Source: Macrostomum lignano
Lineage: Eukaryota
Length of the DNA: 64,000 nucleotides
Assembly (NCBI GenBank): GCA_002269645.1
Contig: NIVC01000056.1
Span: 248,001-312,000 of the forward strand
Reading direction: 5' to 3'
The notes under the pieces are model-generated. The model saw only the letters and a list, made by a program, of their open reading frames with translations. It was not told the DNA's origin and made no database searches. Of the stretch, positions 12,790 through 37,859 are shown one piece after another. The translations under genes were made by a program, and so were the position numbers. Every line of letters begins with the position of its first letter. Position 1 is the first letter of the stretch.

Positions 12790-13311
12790 TCAGTTAGCGC
12801 ACTCGCCCTCGGCATCCAGCTCCGCGCTCTCCCGCTTGCACCCGTCCGCAGTCGCGGCCGTCGCCGAATCTTCGCTTGTGCAACTCTTCGCCGTCGCCGC
12901 CTTCTCCTGCCGCTGCCGATGGTCGGTTTCGTCCTGATCGACGATTGCGGAAGTCGCCGCTGCCGAGCTGGTGGGCGCCGGCGTAGCGGTGGAGGTCGCG
13001 GAGGAGCCGCCGCCGCCGCCGTCGACGAGAATGGCCTCGATCTCGTGCTGGATGAAGGCCCAGGGCACTGAGCTGCCAGGCAGGAGGCAGCGCTCGCCGC
13101 TCGGACAGTAGATGGATTCGGACTGGCGGTCGGGACCGGCCGAGGACTCGCGCAGGTCGCCGAGCTGCCGGCGGATGCTGTCTCTGGCGCAGGGGAAGCA
13201 GAACTTGTGCGCCGCCTCGGCCGGGCACTGGACAAAGTGCGTCTCCTCCATGCGGCTCTTGCAGAAACTGCAGCGCAGAGTCTGCCGGATGCAGAGCCTC
13301 TTGGATGGGGC

Positions 13312-13345
<34 letters not shown>

Positions 13346-15412
13346 AGTTGAAGGATTCCTGCAACTGGAGATTATTTGGATTGCTTTTAATTATTTCTGC
13401 AGTTGGCGCAAGCCACCCTACAGTACTCATTATCAGGCATCATCCCCAATCAGTCACCCCAATGGCGCCAACCCCTCACCCGATATCGCCAGCCCCGCCC
13501 CAATAGCGCCAACCCCTCCCCCAATGGCGCCACCCCCTCACCAATGGCGCCACCCCCTCACCAATGGCGCCAGCCCCTCCCCCAATGGCGCCACCCCCTC
13601 ACCAATGGCGCCAACCCCTTCCCAATGGCGCCAACCCCTCCCTAAATGGCACCACTCTCTCTTCAACAAATGGCGCCACCCATTTCCCCATTTCCCCAAT
13701 GGCTCACCTCCGCTGGCGCCCTTCACGGGCAGCAGTGATTTCGGCATCAGCCGAGTCTTCGGCGTCAGCTGGGGCGGCCGCAGCTCCCTGTTGGGCGCCG
13801 GCAGCCGGTCAGCCAGAGGCCGCTCTCGCAGCCGCGTCACCCGCTCGCCGACCAGCTCAGTGAGGAGGCGCCAGTCGCCGGGGCAGCGCTCGTACTCCAG
13901 CAGCAGGGCGGCGGCTGACGCGGCCGACGCGGAGGTGGCCGCCGACGTCGCAATCGAGGCGGCGTCGCGGCTCATCTGGCTGGCCACGCCGGCGCACGAG
14001 TTGAAGACGGTCCTGGAGCCCACGGGGTACTCGAAGAACAGCTTCAGCTCCAGCTGGTCCAGCCGGGTCATCCCGGTGCCAACGTCGGCGGCGAACACGC
14101 AGCCCAGGCTGCCGCCGCTCGGCTGGCCTTTGAGGCGAACCTGGCGGAACAGGAGTTCATGAGTGAGTTCATGAGTGAGTTCGTCAGTGAGTTCATGAGT
14201 GAGTTCATGAGTGAGTTCATGAGTGAGTTCATGAGTGAGTTCATGAGTGAGTTCGTCAGTGAGTTCATGAGTGAGTTCATGAGTGAGTTCATGAGTGAGT
14301 TCACGAGTGAGTTCGTCAGTGAGTTCATGAGTTCGTCAGTGAGTTCATGAGTGAGTTCATGAGTGAGTTCGTCAGTGAGTTCATGAGTGAGTTCATGAGT
14401 GAGTTCATGAGTGAGTTCATGAGTGAGTTCACGAGTGAGTTCGTCAGTGAGTTCATGAGTTCGTCAGTGAGTTCATGAGTGAGTTCATGAGTGAGTTCAT
14501 AAGTGAGTTCATGAGTGAGTTCATGAGTAAGTTCATGAGTGAGTCCATGAGTGAGTTCATGAGTGAGTTCACGAGTGAGTTCGTCAGTGAGTTCATGAGT
14601 TCGTCAGTGAGTTCATGAGTGAGTTCATGAGTGAGCTTATGAGTGAGTTCATGAGTGAGTTCACGAGTGAGTTCGTCAGTGAGTTCATGAGTTCGTCAGT
14701 GAGTTCATGAGTGAGTTCATGAGTGAGTTCATGAGTGAGTTCATGAGTGAGTTCATGAGTGAGTTCATGAGTAAGTTCATGAGTGAGTCCATGAGTGAGT
14801 TCATGAGTTCGTCAGTGAGTTCGTCAGTGAGTTCATGAGTGAGTTCATGAGTGAGTTCATGAGTGAGTTCATGAGTGAGCTTATGAGTGAGTTCATGAGT
14901 GAGTTCATGAGTGAGTTCGTCAGTGAGTTCATGAGTGAGTTCATGAGTGAGTTCATGAGTGAGGTCATGAGTGAGTTCATAAGTGAGTTCATGAGTGAGT
15001 TCATGAGTGAGGTCATGAGTGAGTTCATAAGTGAGTTCATGAGTGAGTTCATGAGTGAGTTCAGGAGTGAGGTCATGAGTGAGTTCGTAAGCGCTTACAT
15101 GAAACGGGCAGCATTTGCTCAGCGCATCAACAATGTCCCTGGCAACGTAGTCAGAACCACCGCCTCCACCGCTTCCATTGCTGCTGTTGCTCCCGTTGCT
15201 GGTCTGCTGTTGCTGGACAGCGGAGGTGGACGAGCTCGCTAGCAGGTCGGGCCGCACGCCGCCACCGCTTCCTGCTGGCGGCGAGTCCGACCGAATCCCC
15301 AGCGACAGCGGCAGCGGCGGAGGCGGCGGCGGCGGCAGGCAGAGCAGCTGGTGCTGCAGCCCGATGGCTGAGAATTTGCTAAGCTGCGGAGGCGGTGGAG
15401 GCGGCGGTTGCG

Positions 15413-15443
<31 letters not shown>

Positions 15444-15647
15444 CTGTTGCTGTTGCTGTTGGGCGGCCGCCGACGAGCCGCCGGCCATCTTTAGCAGGCG
15501 AGCCCGCTCGATCACCAGCTCCACTCGGTCGGCGCCCTCGTAGTTGACGCAGCCGCGGCAGACCAGCTCGGAGAAGTCGGTGAGCAGAGCCCAGGGCGGC
15601 CGGGGCAGGTCGCACAGATAGCACTGGCGGCGGAGCAGGAAGGACAT
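12790..15647 (-). CDS. IRF2BP: Interferon regulatory factor 2-binding protein family (IRF2BPL/IRF2BP1/Pits-like), 516 aa
   Basis: complement(join(12790..13358,13708..14140,15099..15647)), 1551 nt, phases consistent. N-terminal C4 zinc finger ([38 protein letters not shown]), polyQ/polyP tracts, central domain ([12 protein letters not shown]...[13 protein letters not shown]) and C-terminal C3HC4 RING ([19 protein letters not shown]...[15 protein letters not shown]...IYCPSGERC). Confidence 0.95.
13455..13700. repeat. ~20-bp minisatellite (CCAATGGCGCCACCCCCTCA)n in IRF2BP intron 2
   Basis: Visible degenerate tandem unit. Confidence 0.85.
14153..15090. repeat. 12-bp minisatellite (ATGAGTGAGTTC)n occupying almost all of IRF2BP intron 1
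   Basis: Visible unit; source of the MSEF/MNSL/ELTH ORFs. The same family occurs inverted at 61958-62735. Confidence 0.95.
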
Positions 15648-15704
15648 CCTGGATGCTGCCTGCGGGCTGGGTTGGGCGAGGGGACTGAGGCATCGGGACT
15701 GACA

Positions 15705-15711
15705 CACAGAC

Positions 15712-15784
<73 letters not shown>

Positions 15785-15807
15785 CACAGACAGACAGACA
15801 GACAGAC

Positions 15808-15862
<55 letters not shown>

Positions 15863-15949
15863 GACAGACAGACAGACAGATAGACAGACAGGCAGACAGA
15901 CAGACAGACAGACAGACACTAAGACAGACAGACAGACAGACAGACAGGC

Positions 15950-15986
<37 letters not shown>

Positions 15987-16125
15987 GGCGGACAGACAGA
16001 CAGACAGGCGGACAGACAGACAGACAGATAGACGGACAGACAGACAGATAGACGGACAGACACACAGACAGACAGACAGGCAGACAGATAGACAGGCAGA
16101 CAGAGACGGACAGACAGACAGACAG
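15705..16125. repeat. (GACA)n microsatellite, probably within a 5'-UTR intron of IRF2BP
   Basis: Minus-strand donor CCAG|GTGAGT at ~16164 and acceptor TGTCAG| at ~15699 flank it. Confidence 0.85.
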
Positions 16126-17879
16126 AGTTCCGAAAGCTGCAGCAGAACAGTAGACAAACTCACCTGGGCAGAATTGTGTGGAAAATGATAGAAAAAGCAG
16201 CAAAGCCGGTCAGCCAGACGCGGTCCAAAGATCTCAGGTGCGCTCGTAAATACCAATTAACGGATAGGATTCGAACTCATGACCTGAAATCGAGTATATT
16301 GCCAATCGAAGCCTCAGACAAGGACTGCTGGCTGCTTCACAGGGCGCAGGCATATATAGGGATACTGGCACGCATATCGGTGAAGGCCCGCCCGTGACGT
16401 GCGACGCACGCGCTACAAACACACAGAGAGCAGCCGAGGAAGCGACCTCGATGGCTGTTGGAACTGCGCGGGGCAGCAGCGGCAGCGGGGAGGGGAGGGG
16501 AGATTTCCGAGGAAGGCACGCACGAAGAGGAGGAAGCAGAGCAGAAGAGACGGGGGGTGGTGACTGGCCAGGACCAAAGGGAGAATAAGAGGGAGAAGGG
16601 GAGACAGGCAGAGCCCAGCCTGCAAGTGGGGGGATTCGGACACGCAACCGCGGGGCCCCCGGGTCCCCTGGGCTTGGTCACGCAATCGCGCGTGACTCCG
16701 CGCCGGGACGCCGCCGCCGCCGCGGCAGCCCCCCCCCCCCCGACTATCAATTATTGGCCCGCCCGGCTGAAGGTCTGTGGCGCGCGCACGCACACAGCTG
16801 AGGCCTGAGAGAAGGGGCGCAAGTGCGTGACTGCGTATTGAACTGAGAGGCCCCGCCGGAGGTCTAAGTTTAAACCTGGGTAGTTGCTTGCTTTTTCACT
16901 CTGAGATCTCCTCATTTCTTTTCTCCTCAGGCCGGCTTCTAATTTTAATTCTCGCTAGGGGGAAGCGAATGCTGTAATTGAGATTGCATCCCAATTAGCC
17001 ATTGTTGGGAGCAAGCAGATTAATCCTATCGTACTGCATGCGACTCTTTGACATCTGCTGATCGTAATTTTGCTCCGAGACGCCAGAGTGCAAGTTCCCG
17101 AAGCAGTTGCAAGCTGGCAGAAGAGCGGACCGTGAGGAAAACGCAGAAAAGTCTGGGAGATGGGAAAAATAGGGAGAGATGGAGAGAAGAGATGAAGAGA
17201 TAGGAGATGAACGACGAGGAGAGAGGAGAGCAGAGAGAAGTAGGGGTGGGAGCAGAGAGAAGTAGGAGGGGGGGAGCAGAGAGAAGTAGGGGGGGGGGCA
17301 GAGCAGAGAGAAGTAGGGAGGAGGGGAAGCAGAGAGAAGTAGGGGGGGGAGCAGAGAGAAGTAGGGGGGGGCAGAGAGAAGTAGACCAAGGCACAGAAAG
17401 GCCCCAATCCCAGTCGCAGATGAGCGCAACCCGTGAAAATGATATTCGTCCACACGGAGACGGGCTGGAAGGCTCACTATTGATGTAGGCGGTCGGTCTA
17501 AAACCGGCCCTGCAGCATGCATAACAGGTGTGAATAATAACGAGGGCGCACGCACCAGCCTGTTTTAACCCCCCCCCCCCCAAATAGGCTGACGCGCTGA
17601 ACTAAATTTCATAATCTGAGCCGGGGAGTCAATTTCATATTCCGCGACACGCGCCTCTCCTTGGGCCGGCCGGGTTCGAGGCGCGTGAGCGGCAATCCCC
17701 GGCATCCCCCACGGCAAATATCCACTGCAGACCTGCTGTGCCGCACTTCTGCCGGCAGGGGGGACTGCCCGGCTTTAATCCCTTTGTTGTCACTGATGAC
17801 TTGGCGACTCTAGTCTGACTGACTGACCGCCCGACTGCCGGTGTCTGACTGCCTGCCTGGCAGTCTGTCTGCCTGACTC

Positions 17880-19395
17880 CGTCTGTCTGACTGCCTGTCT
17901 GACCTCCTATCTGACTGCCTGTCTGACCTCCCATCTGTCTGCCTGTCCGACCTCCTATCTGACTGTCTGTCTGACCTCCCATCTGACTGTCTGTCTGACC
18001 TCCCATCTGACAGCCTGTCTGACCTCCTATCTGACTGCCTGTCTGCCTGTCTGACCTCCTATCTGACTGCCTGTCTGACCTCCTATCTGACTGCCTGTCT
18101 GCCTGTCTGACCTCCTATCTGACTGCCTGTCTGACCTCCTATCTGACTGCCTGTCTGACCTCCTATCTGACTACCTGTCTGACCTCCTATCTGTCTGCCT
18201 GTCCGACCTCCTATCTGACTGTCTGTCTGACCTCCCATCTGACTGTCTGTCTGACCTCCCATCTGACAGCCTGTCTGACCTCCTATCTGACTGTCTGTCT
18301 GACCTCCCATCTGACTGCCTGTCTGACCTCCCATCTGACTGTCTGTCTGACCTCCCATCTGACAGCCTGTCTGACCTCCTATCTGACTGTCTGTCTGACC
18401 TCCTATCTGACTATCTGTCTGACCTCCCATCTGACTGTCTGTCTAACCTCTTATCTGACTGCCTGTCTGACCTCCTATCTGTCTGCCTGTCCGACCTCCT
18501 ATCTGACTGTCTGTCTGACCTCCCATCTGACTGTCTGTCTGACCTCCCATCTGACAGCCTGTCTGACCTCTTATCTGACTGTCTGTCTGACCTCTTATCT
18601 GACTGTCTGTCTGACCTCTTATCTGACTGTCTGTCTGACCTCCCATCTGACTGTCTGTCTGACCTCCTATCTGACTATCTGTCTGACCTCCCATCTGACT
18701 GCCTGTCTGACCTCCCATCTGACTGTCTGTCTGACCTCCCATCTGACTGTCTGTCTGACCTCCTATCTGACTGTCTGTCTGACCTCCTATCTGACTATCT
18801 GTCTGACCTCCCATCTGACTGTCTGTCTGACCTCCCATCTGACCTCCTATCTGACTGTCTGTCTGACCTCCCATCTGACTGTCTGTCTGACCTCCCATCT
18901 GACTGCCTGTCTGACCTCCCATCTGACTGTCTGTCTGACCTCCCATCTGACTGTCTGTCTGACCTCCTATCTGACTGTCTGTCTGACCTCCTATCTGACT
19001 ATCTGTCTGACCTCCCATCTGACTGTCTGTCTAACCTCTTATCTGACTGTCTGTCTGACCTCTTATCTGACTGTCTGTCTGACCTCCCATCTGACTGTCT
19101 GTCTGACCTCCCATCTGACAGCCTGTCTGACCTCTTATCTGACTGTCTGTCTGACCTCCCATCTGAATGCCTGTCTGACCTCCCATCTGACTGTCTGTCT
19201 GACCTCCCATCTGACTGTCTGTCTGACCTCCTATCTGACTATCTGTCTGACCTCCCATCTGACTGTCTTGTCTGACCTCCTATCTGACTATCTGTCTGAC
19301 CTCCTATCTGACTGTCTGTCTGACCTCCTATCTGACTGCCTGTCTGACCTCCCATCTGACTGTCTGTCTGACCTCCCATCTGACTGCCTGTCTGA
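17880..19395. repeat. 24-bp minisatellite (CTGACTGTCTGTCTGACCTCCCAT)n
   Basis: Visible unit, ~60 copies; source of the MGGQTDSQ ORFs. Confidence 0.95.
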
Positions 19396-19899
19396 TTGAC
19401 TGCCAGAGCACAGGGAAGCGAGTGACGCAGGTAACAGCAACAGCCAATATAATTCAGCTGAAGCGAGAAGCACAGGCGTTATACATCAAGAATCTCAGGG
19501 AAGAAGTGGCGCAGCTGATGAATGAATGCTAATTGGAGTGTTGCCAAATGTTTAACGAATGGAATTCAAATGCTCATTTGCAGAGAAGCTTGAGAACAGG
19601 CATTTAAATATGCTTTAATTTTATATTTGAATTTGTTTGACAAAATACACTACTTGTCCCACAGTAGAGCATGCGGCTTTTTGATTACATATAAAATAAT
19701 GTTTACAATGCTTATCGTGAACGCAACTGCAATGCCTTTCCGGTTAGCATATATACATTCGAATTGAATTATCAGATTTTTTAGGTGTTTTACAGCAGCG
19801 TGTTTTACTTTAGCATTGGGCGTGAAAATACCTTTATGACCCAAGGATACGACCAGGCATGATCGACCAGGAAGTCGCGATTTAGTTATGACTGTCAAA

Positions 19900-20470
19900 G
19901 AAATCATGACCCATATGAGTCATATGACCAACCAGGAAATCATGACCCATATGAGTCATATGACAAACCAGGAAAGCATGACCCATATGACCAGCAAGGA
20001 AATCATGACCCATATGACTAAACCAGAAAATCATGACCCATATGACCAACTAGGAAATCATGACCCATATGACCAACTAGGAAATCATGACCCATATGAC
20101 CAACTAGGAAATCATGACCCATATGACTAAACCAGAAAATCATGACCCATATGACCAACTAGGAAATCATGACCCATATGACCAACTAGGAAATCATGAC
20201 CCATATGACCAGCCAGGAAATCATGACCCATATGACCAGCCAGGAAATCATGACCCATATGACCAACTAGGAAATCATGACCCATATGACCAACTAGGAA
20301 ATCATGACCCATATGACCAACTAGGAAATCATGACCCATATGACCAGCCAGGAAATCATGACCCATATGACCAGCCAGGAAATCATGACCCATATGACCA
20401 GCCAGGAAATCATGACCAATATGACCAGCCAGGAAATCATGACCCATATGACCAACTAGGAAATCATAGC
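19900..20470. repeat. 27-bp minisatellite (GGAAATCATGACCCATATGACCAACTA)n
   Basis: Visible unit just downstream of the CDC5L stop codon. Confidence 0.9.
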
Positions 20471-20627
20471 CCATATCAATCCTTCAGGAAATGATAATTG
20501 ATCATGAAGTGAGCAATGACCAATAAGGAACTATTATAGAAAAGCTGAATGTAAGAATGCGAGAAATGTCACAAAATCGCATTTGAAAAATCAATGCAGA
20601 TGCCGGGGTTGAAGGCGCGCCCGCGCT

Positions 20628-29703
<9,076 letters not shown>

Positions 29704-31124
29704 TTTTTGACTTACGGTTTAGGCTTAACTGAAAGCTGTGTTTAATTTTTGAGGCTCAATTCTTAGGAACAAGGTCAAGGGCTGTGACTATATGGTTTCT
29801 CTTGTCACTTCAATGTTTTTTTTCGACAATTTGATGCCTGCCTCCCTCGTTCAACGACAATTTTGAGGACGGGGGTTTTGAATTTAAGTTAGACTATGGT
29901 ATTTATAGTCTAACTTGATAAATAAATGTATCCTTCCGAGCACAACACTTAGTTCTCCTAATTTAAACGCACATCGGGGTTTGCTGGTGGGGTTTTTTGG
30001 TTAACTAGTTTGGCGATAAAGTTTTAAAGTTTAAACTTTGCGCAGAATTTCTTAGAACTACTTATGGATTAAAACAAAAGCTGTGTTGATTATGGCTCTG
30101 TCTGCTGAGTTCTTCACGTTTCGATGAAGAGAGTAGCAGTGGCTGTAGCTGAGCGGTCCTAATCGATTTCAAAACAGTAAATACTTCTCGAATTACATTT
30201 GCCTTATTCTAGCACAGAATTTTAGGATTTCCGTTAGTAAATCCTAGAGGTGTTACTATGAGTAGCCGCTACGACTACCACGGATTCACAGAGAAGAAAA
30301 CTAAATATTCCTAGCTCGGGGTAGTCGGCATTAGTGTATCTTCTTCTGGTGACATTAGAGTCTTTATTCTTTCTTTCGGTGTACGAGTGAGTGAGATGCT
30401 CATTCGTGCTAAAACAAAATGTGAGCGGAGAGCGCGAAAACTCTAAAAAGTCTTATGCCCAAAAAGACGCGGCAGAGACGTGGCGTTGTTTGAAAAGGTC
30501 AATACCACAATTTAGCCACCTATCGACTATACATATACGTGTATTTTGCATGTACATTATTGACGATTTTCTATCGGTGAGACTGACTAATTAGAAAAGG
30601 CTGATTACAGGTTAGCCTCCCTCCCTCAAAATATTGAGCCTGCAACCGTAGTGACTGAGTGGTTGAATGCTTGCCTGGAACACTCAAAGCACTAACGAAT
30701 CGCTGTTTTCCTTCAGTCTGTTCTAATTTGTTGTTGACGTGCATGCAGATCTTGAGCCAAATTTACCAGTTTTAGGTCTTAACTCTTTCCCGGTCTTCTT
30801 GATATTACTATAAGTAGTCATCGTCTCGCAAAAAAGATGCATATATCTATAATATTTTAGAGTAGTCCGTATGACGTTGTAGGCATAGCTTCTCCTATGC
30901 GACTGAGCCTTTGTTACGCTCGTATTTCTGAGTTGCACAAGACAGATAGGTAAGAAAGTTAACAGATCGTAAGCAGAATAAAATCCCTTTTTGTATAGCA
31001 CTTTAATCCAATCGAATTCCCGACAAGGATTACTAGGCCTTGATTCCCTATTGGCAATTTAAAACAAGCTTGAAGGCAATAAGGACCACTAGGAACACTT
31101 GGTTATCCCACACGGAGCGGATAG

Positions 31125-33116
31125 TGTCATTCTGCTTGACCGTGAGTGTTACTCATTAGTGTCATTCTGCTTGACCGTGAGTGTTACTCATTAGTGTCAT
31201 TCTGCTTGACCGTGAGTGTTACTCATTAGTGTCATTCTGCTTGACCGTGAGTGTTACTCACTAGCGTCATTCTGCTTGACCGTGAGTGTTACTCATTAGT
31301 GTCATTCTGCTTGACCGTGAGTGTTACTCACTAGCGTCATTCTGCTTGACCGTGAGTGTTACTCACTAGCGTCATTCTGCTTGACCGTGAGTGTTACTCA
31401 TTAGTGTCATTCTGCTTGACCGTGAGTGTTACTCATTAGTGTCATTCTGCTTGACCGTGAGTGTTACTCATTAGTGCCATTCTGCTTGACCGTGAGTGTT
31501 ACTCATTAGTGTCATTCTGCTTGACCGTGAGTGTTACTCATTAGTGTCATTCTGCTTGACCGTGAGTGTTACTCATTAGTGTCATTCTGCTTGACCGTGA
31601 GTGTTACTCATTAGTGTCATTCTGCTTGACCGTGAGTGTTACTCACTAGCGTCATTCTGCTTGACCGTGAGTGTTACTCACTAGCGTCATTCTGCTTGAC
31701 CGTGAGTGTTACTCACTAGCGTCATTCTGCTTGACCGTGAGTGTTACTCATTAGTGTCATTCTGCTTGACCGTGAGTGTTACTCATTAGTGTCATTCTGC
31801 TTGACCGTGAGTGTTACTCATTAGTGCCATTCTGCTTGACCGTGAGTGTTACTCATTAGTGTCATTCTGCTTGACCGTGAGTGTTACTCATTAGTGTCAT
31901 ACTGCTTGACCGTGAGTGTTACTCATTAGTGCCATTCTGCTTGACCGTGAGTGTTACTCATTAGTGTCATTCTGCTTGACCGTGAGTGTTACTCATTAGT
32001 GTCATTCTGCTTGACCGTGAGTGTTACTCACTAGCGTCATTCTGCTTGACCGTGAGTGTTACTCATTAGTGTCATTCTGCTTGACCGTGAGTGTTACTCA
32101 TTAGTGTCATTCTGCTTGACCGTGAGTGTTACTCATTAGTGTCATTCTGCTTGACCGTGAGTGTTACTCATTAGTGTCATTCTGCTTGACCGTGAGTGTT
32201 ACTCACTAGCGTCATTCTGCTTGACCGTGAGTGTTACTCATTAGTGTCATTCTGCTTGACCGTGAGTGTTACTCACTAGCGTCATTCTGCTTGACCGTGA
32301 GTGTTACTCACTAGCGTCATTCTGCTTGACCGTGAGTGTTACTCATTAGTGTCATTCTGCTTGACCGTGAGTGTTACTCATTAGTGTCATTCTGCTTGAC
32401 CGTGAGTGTTACTCATTAGTGCCATTCTGCTTGACCGTGAGTGTTACTCATTAGTGTCATTCTGCTTGACCGTGAGTGTTACTCATTAGTGTCATTCTGC
32501 TTGACCGTGAGTGTTACTCATTAGTGTCATTCTGCTTGACCGTGAGTGTTACTCATTAGTGTCATTCTGCTTGACCGTGAGTGTTACTCACTAGCGTCAT
32601 TCTGCTTGACCGTGAGTGTTACTCACTAGCGTCATTCTGCTTGACCGTGAGTGTTACTCACTAGCGTCATTCTGCTTGACCGTGAGTGTTACTCATTAGT
32701 GTCATTCTGCTTGACCGTGGGTGTTACTCATTAGTGTCATTCTGCTTGACCGTGAGTGTTACTCATTAGTGCCATTCTGCTTGACCGTGAGTGTTACTCA
32801 TTAGTGTCATTCTGCTTGACCGTGAGTGTTACTCATTAGTGTCATACTGCTTGACCGTGAGTGTTACTCATTAGTGCCATTCTGCTTGACCGTGAGTGTT
32901 ACTCATTAGTGTCATTCTGCTTGACCGTGAGTGTTATTCATTAGTGCCATTCTGCTTGACCGTGAGTGTTACTCATTAGTGCCATTCTGCTTGACCGTGA
33001 GTGTTACTCATTAGTGTCATTCTGCTTGACCGTGAGTGTTACTCATTAGTGTCATTCTGCTTGACCGTGAGTGTTACTCATTAGTGTCATTCTGCTTGAC
33101 CGTGAGTGTTACTCAT
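31125..33116. repeat. 35-bp tandem repeat (GTGTCATTCTGCTTGACCGTGAGTGTTACTCATTA), ~57 copies
   Basis: Highly homogeneous array with a few recurrent variants and no spacers. Confidence 0.97.
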
Positions 33117-33487
33117 TCATCCTCTTAATGCCACCAGTGACACAGAGAAAATGCTCCAGAAAAGACCAGCGGACCATTTGTCTTCGGGAAGTCAGAAAAC
33201 TGCCAAACAGCCAAGTCAGTTATTTCTTTTTATATTTATTATTCAACAAATTAAGCCCAGTAAATTCTTGAAGGTTAGAATTTGAACATAAAGAATATTA
33301 GCAAGTTTAAAGCAACAAAATGCTTATCAAACGATGAACTTCCTCCATACACTATCCTGTAAGTAGCGATTCTAAAAGCATTACGAGTACGTACAGTATG
33401 TTGCGAGTCGCTACAATCACTCCAACTTGCTTTTGTCAGTTAAGTTGGTACACTGCTACTGTATTGTACTGGTATACTGAAAGTACA

Positions 33488-36536
<3,049 letters not shown>

Positions 36537-37859
36537 TTCTATTGTATTCACAAGCTTTCAGATTATCAAAGTAAGAAATGAACTGGAAAAAACTTTCAGT
36601 TAGGACTTTGCAAAGTAAAACCGCTTTTAATGTATAAAATAAAAGTCAAGTATCAACACGAGCAGCATGGGCTGTAGAGGAAGGTCTTGACCATAGACAA
36701 AACTTATTTGGGCGTTTACAGCGCGGGAGGGCATGAATCCTAGACTAGCCTGGGACCATTAATATTATTGTAGTTGTTTTTGGCTTTGGGTGAAAAATTG
36801 CCCAGTAGCTAAGTTTATCCAAGCCTATACAGTAAGTGAAGATAATAGACCTTATGCCTCAGAGTTATACTCCCTTGCTGTATAGAGTTAACTCACCACT
36901 CTCTGAAAATCCCTCTGTGACTGCGATACGACGATATGACCTACCAATCATGACGATAGACCGTACATTATCAGACAAAATAACATGTCTCAGCAGTGCC
37001 GCGTCTTATTCACGCAAAAGCTGCTTGCCTCCTCGCCGACAGCAGATAGACTACGGCCTTGATCTTCAAGAAAGGAATAGGCAACCCGTGATCTAACTAA
37101 AATACCTGTGATGGCATTAGAAACCTTTCTCGTTTACTCCAACCATCTACAGCTTTATCAACGCGCCAGGATTAACGATGAAGTTTTGTTTTGTTCCAGT
37201 TTCTGTTGTTTCCGATGCTAAATTTCGCTATTGATGCTTGAAAAACGCTTTTACAGTCTGTTAAAATTCACACGTGACTTGGGACTTTTTTAGCTTTGAA
37301 AACTGCCACGAGTAGTGCAAAGAAATTGTCATAATCATTCATCCGGACGGTTGTTTTGTTAACAATCGTTTAGTCATGCAAGAACTTGTATGACAAATGA
37401 TTTTGGAAAGACAATAGAGCGTTTCACAGGTGAATGAATTGTCAAAAACGTAAGAAATTTGCTTGCACAATACAATACTTTCTCTCCTTGCCTTCTTGCT
37501 CTGTCGAATCAGTCGAGCGAGTCTTTTTAATCGACCACGATGACAATAAATACCGAAGCGGATCGAAAGTTTGCAGCGAAAATCTAACGAGTGTAGCAAG
37601 TCACCGCAGCCTCACGGAATGGGTAAACGCAATGCTGTTGGCAGCATGAGTAAGTGCTGCTAAACTAGTCAATAGCCTTTCAATTGTGCTCCCATATCTT
37701 TAATGCATTTACCTGTGTAACGCTACCTAATGCACGTCATGTAACATTTAGTACGTACTGACACAGAATAGAAACTTTATTATAAATTCACCACCAGGTG
37801 GCCCGAGCGACATTGTCCAGGTAGAAAATCAGCGACGCCAAAGCTTAGCCCTGAGCGAA

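Noticed and set aside
16250-16335. tRNA gene on the minus strand (GAGTTCGAATCC B box)
   Set aside because: There is no convincing A box or cloverleaf; at most a decayed SINE head.
16234-17583. Overlapping GC-rich ORFs upstream of IRF2BP as protein-coding genes
   Set aside because: They are low-complexity with no domain motifs, and are better explained as GC-rich 5' UTR/promoter sequence plus a purine-rich repeat.
19888-20494. GNHDPYDQL repeat ORF as a second neuropeptide precursor
   Set aside because: It has no dibasic cleavage sites or signal peptide, and unit variants are non-synonymous (QL/QP).
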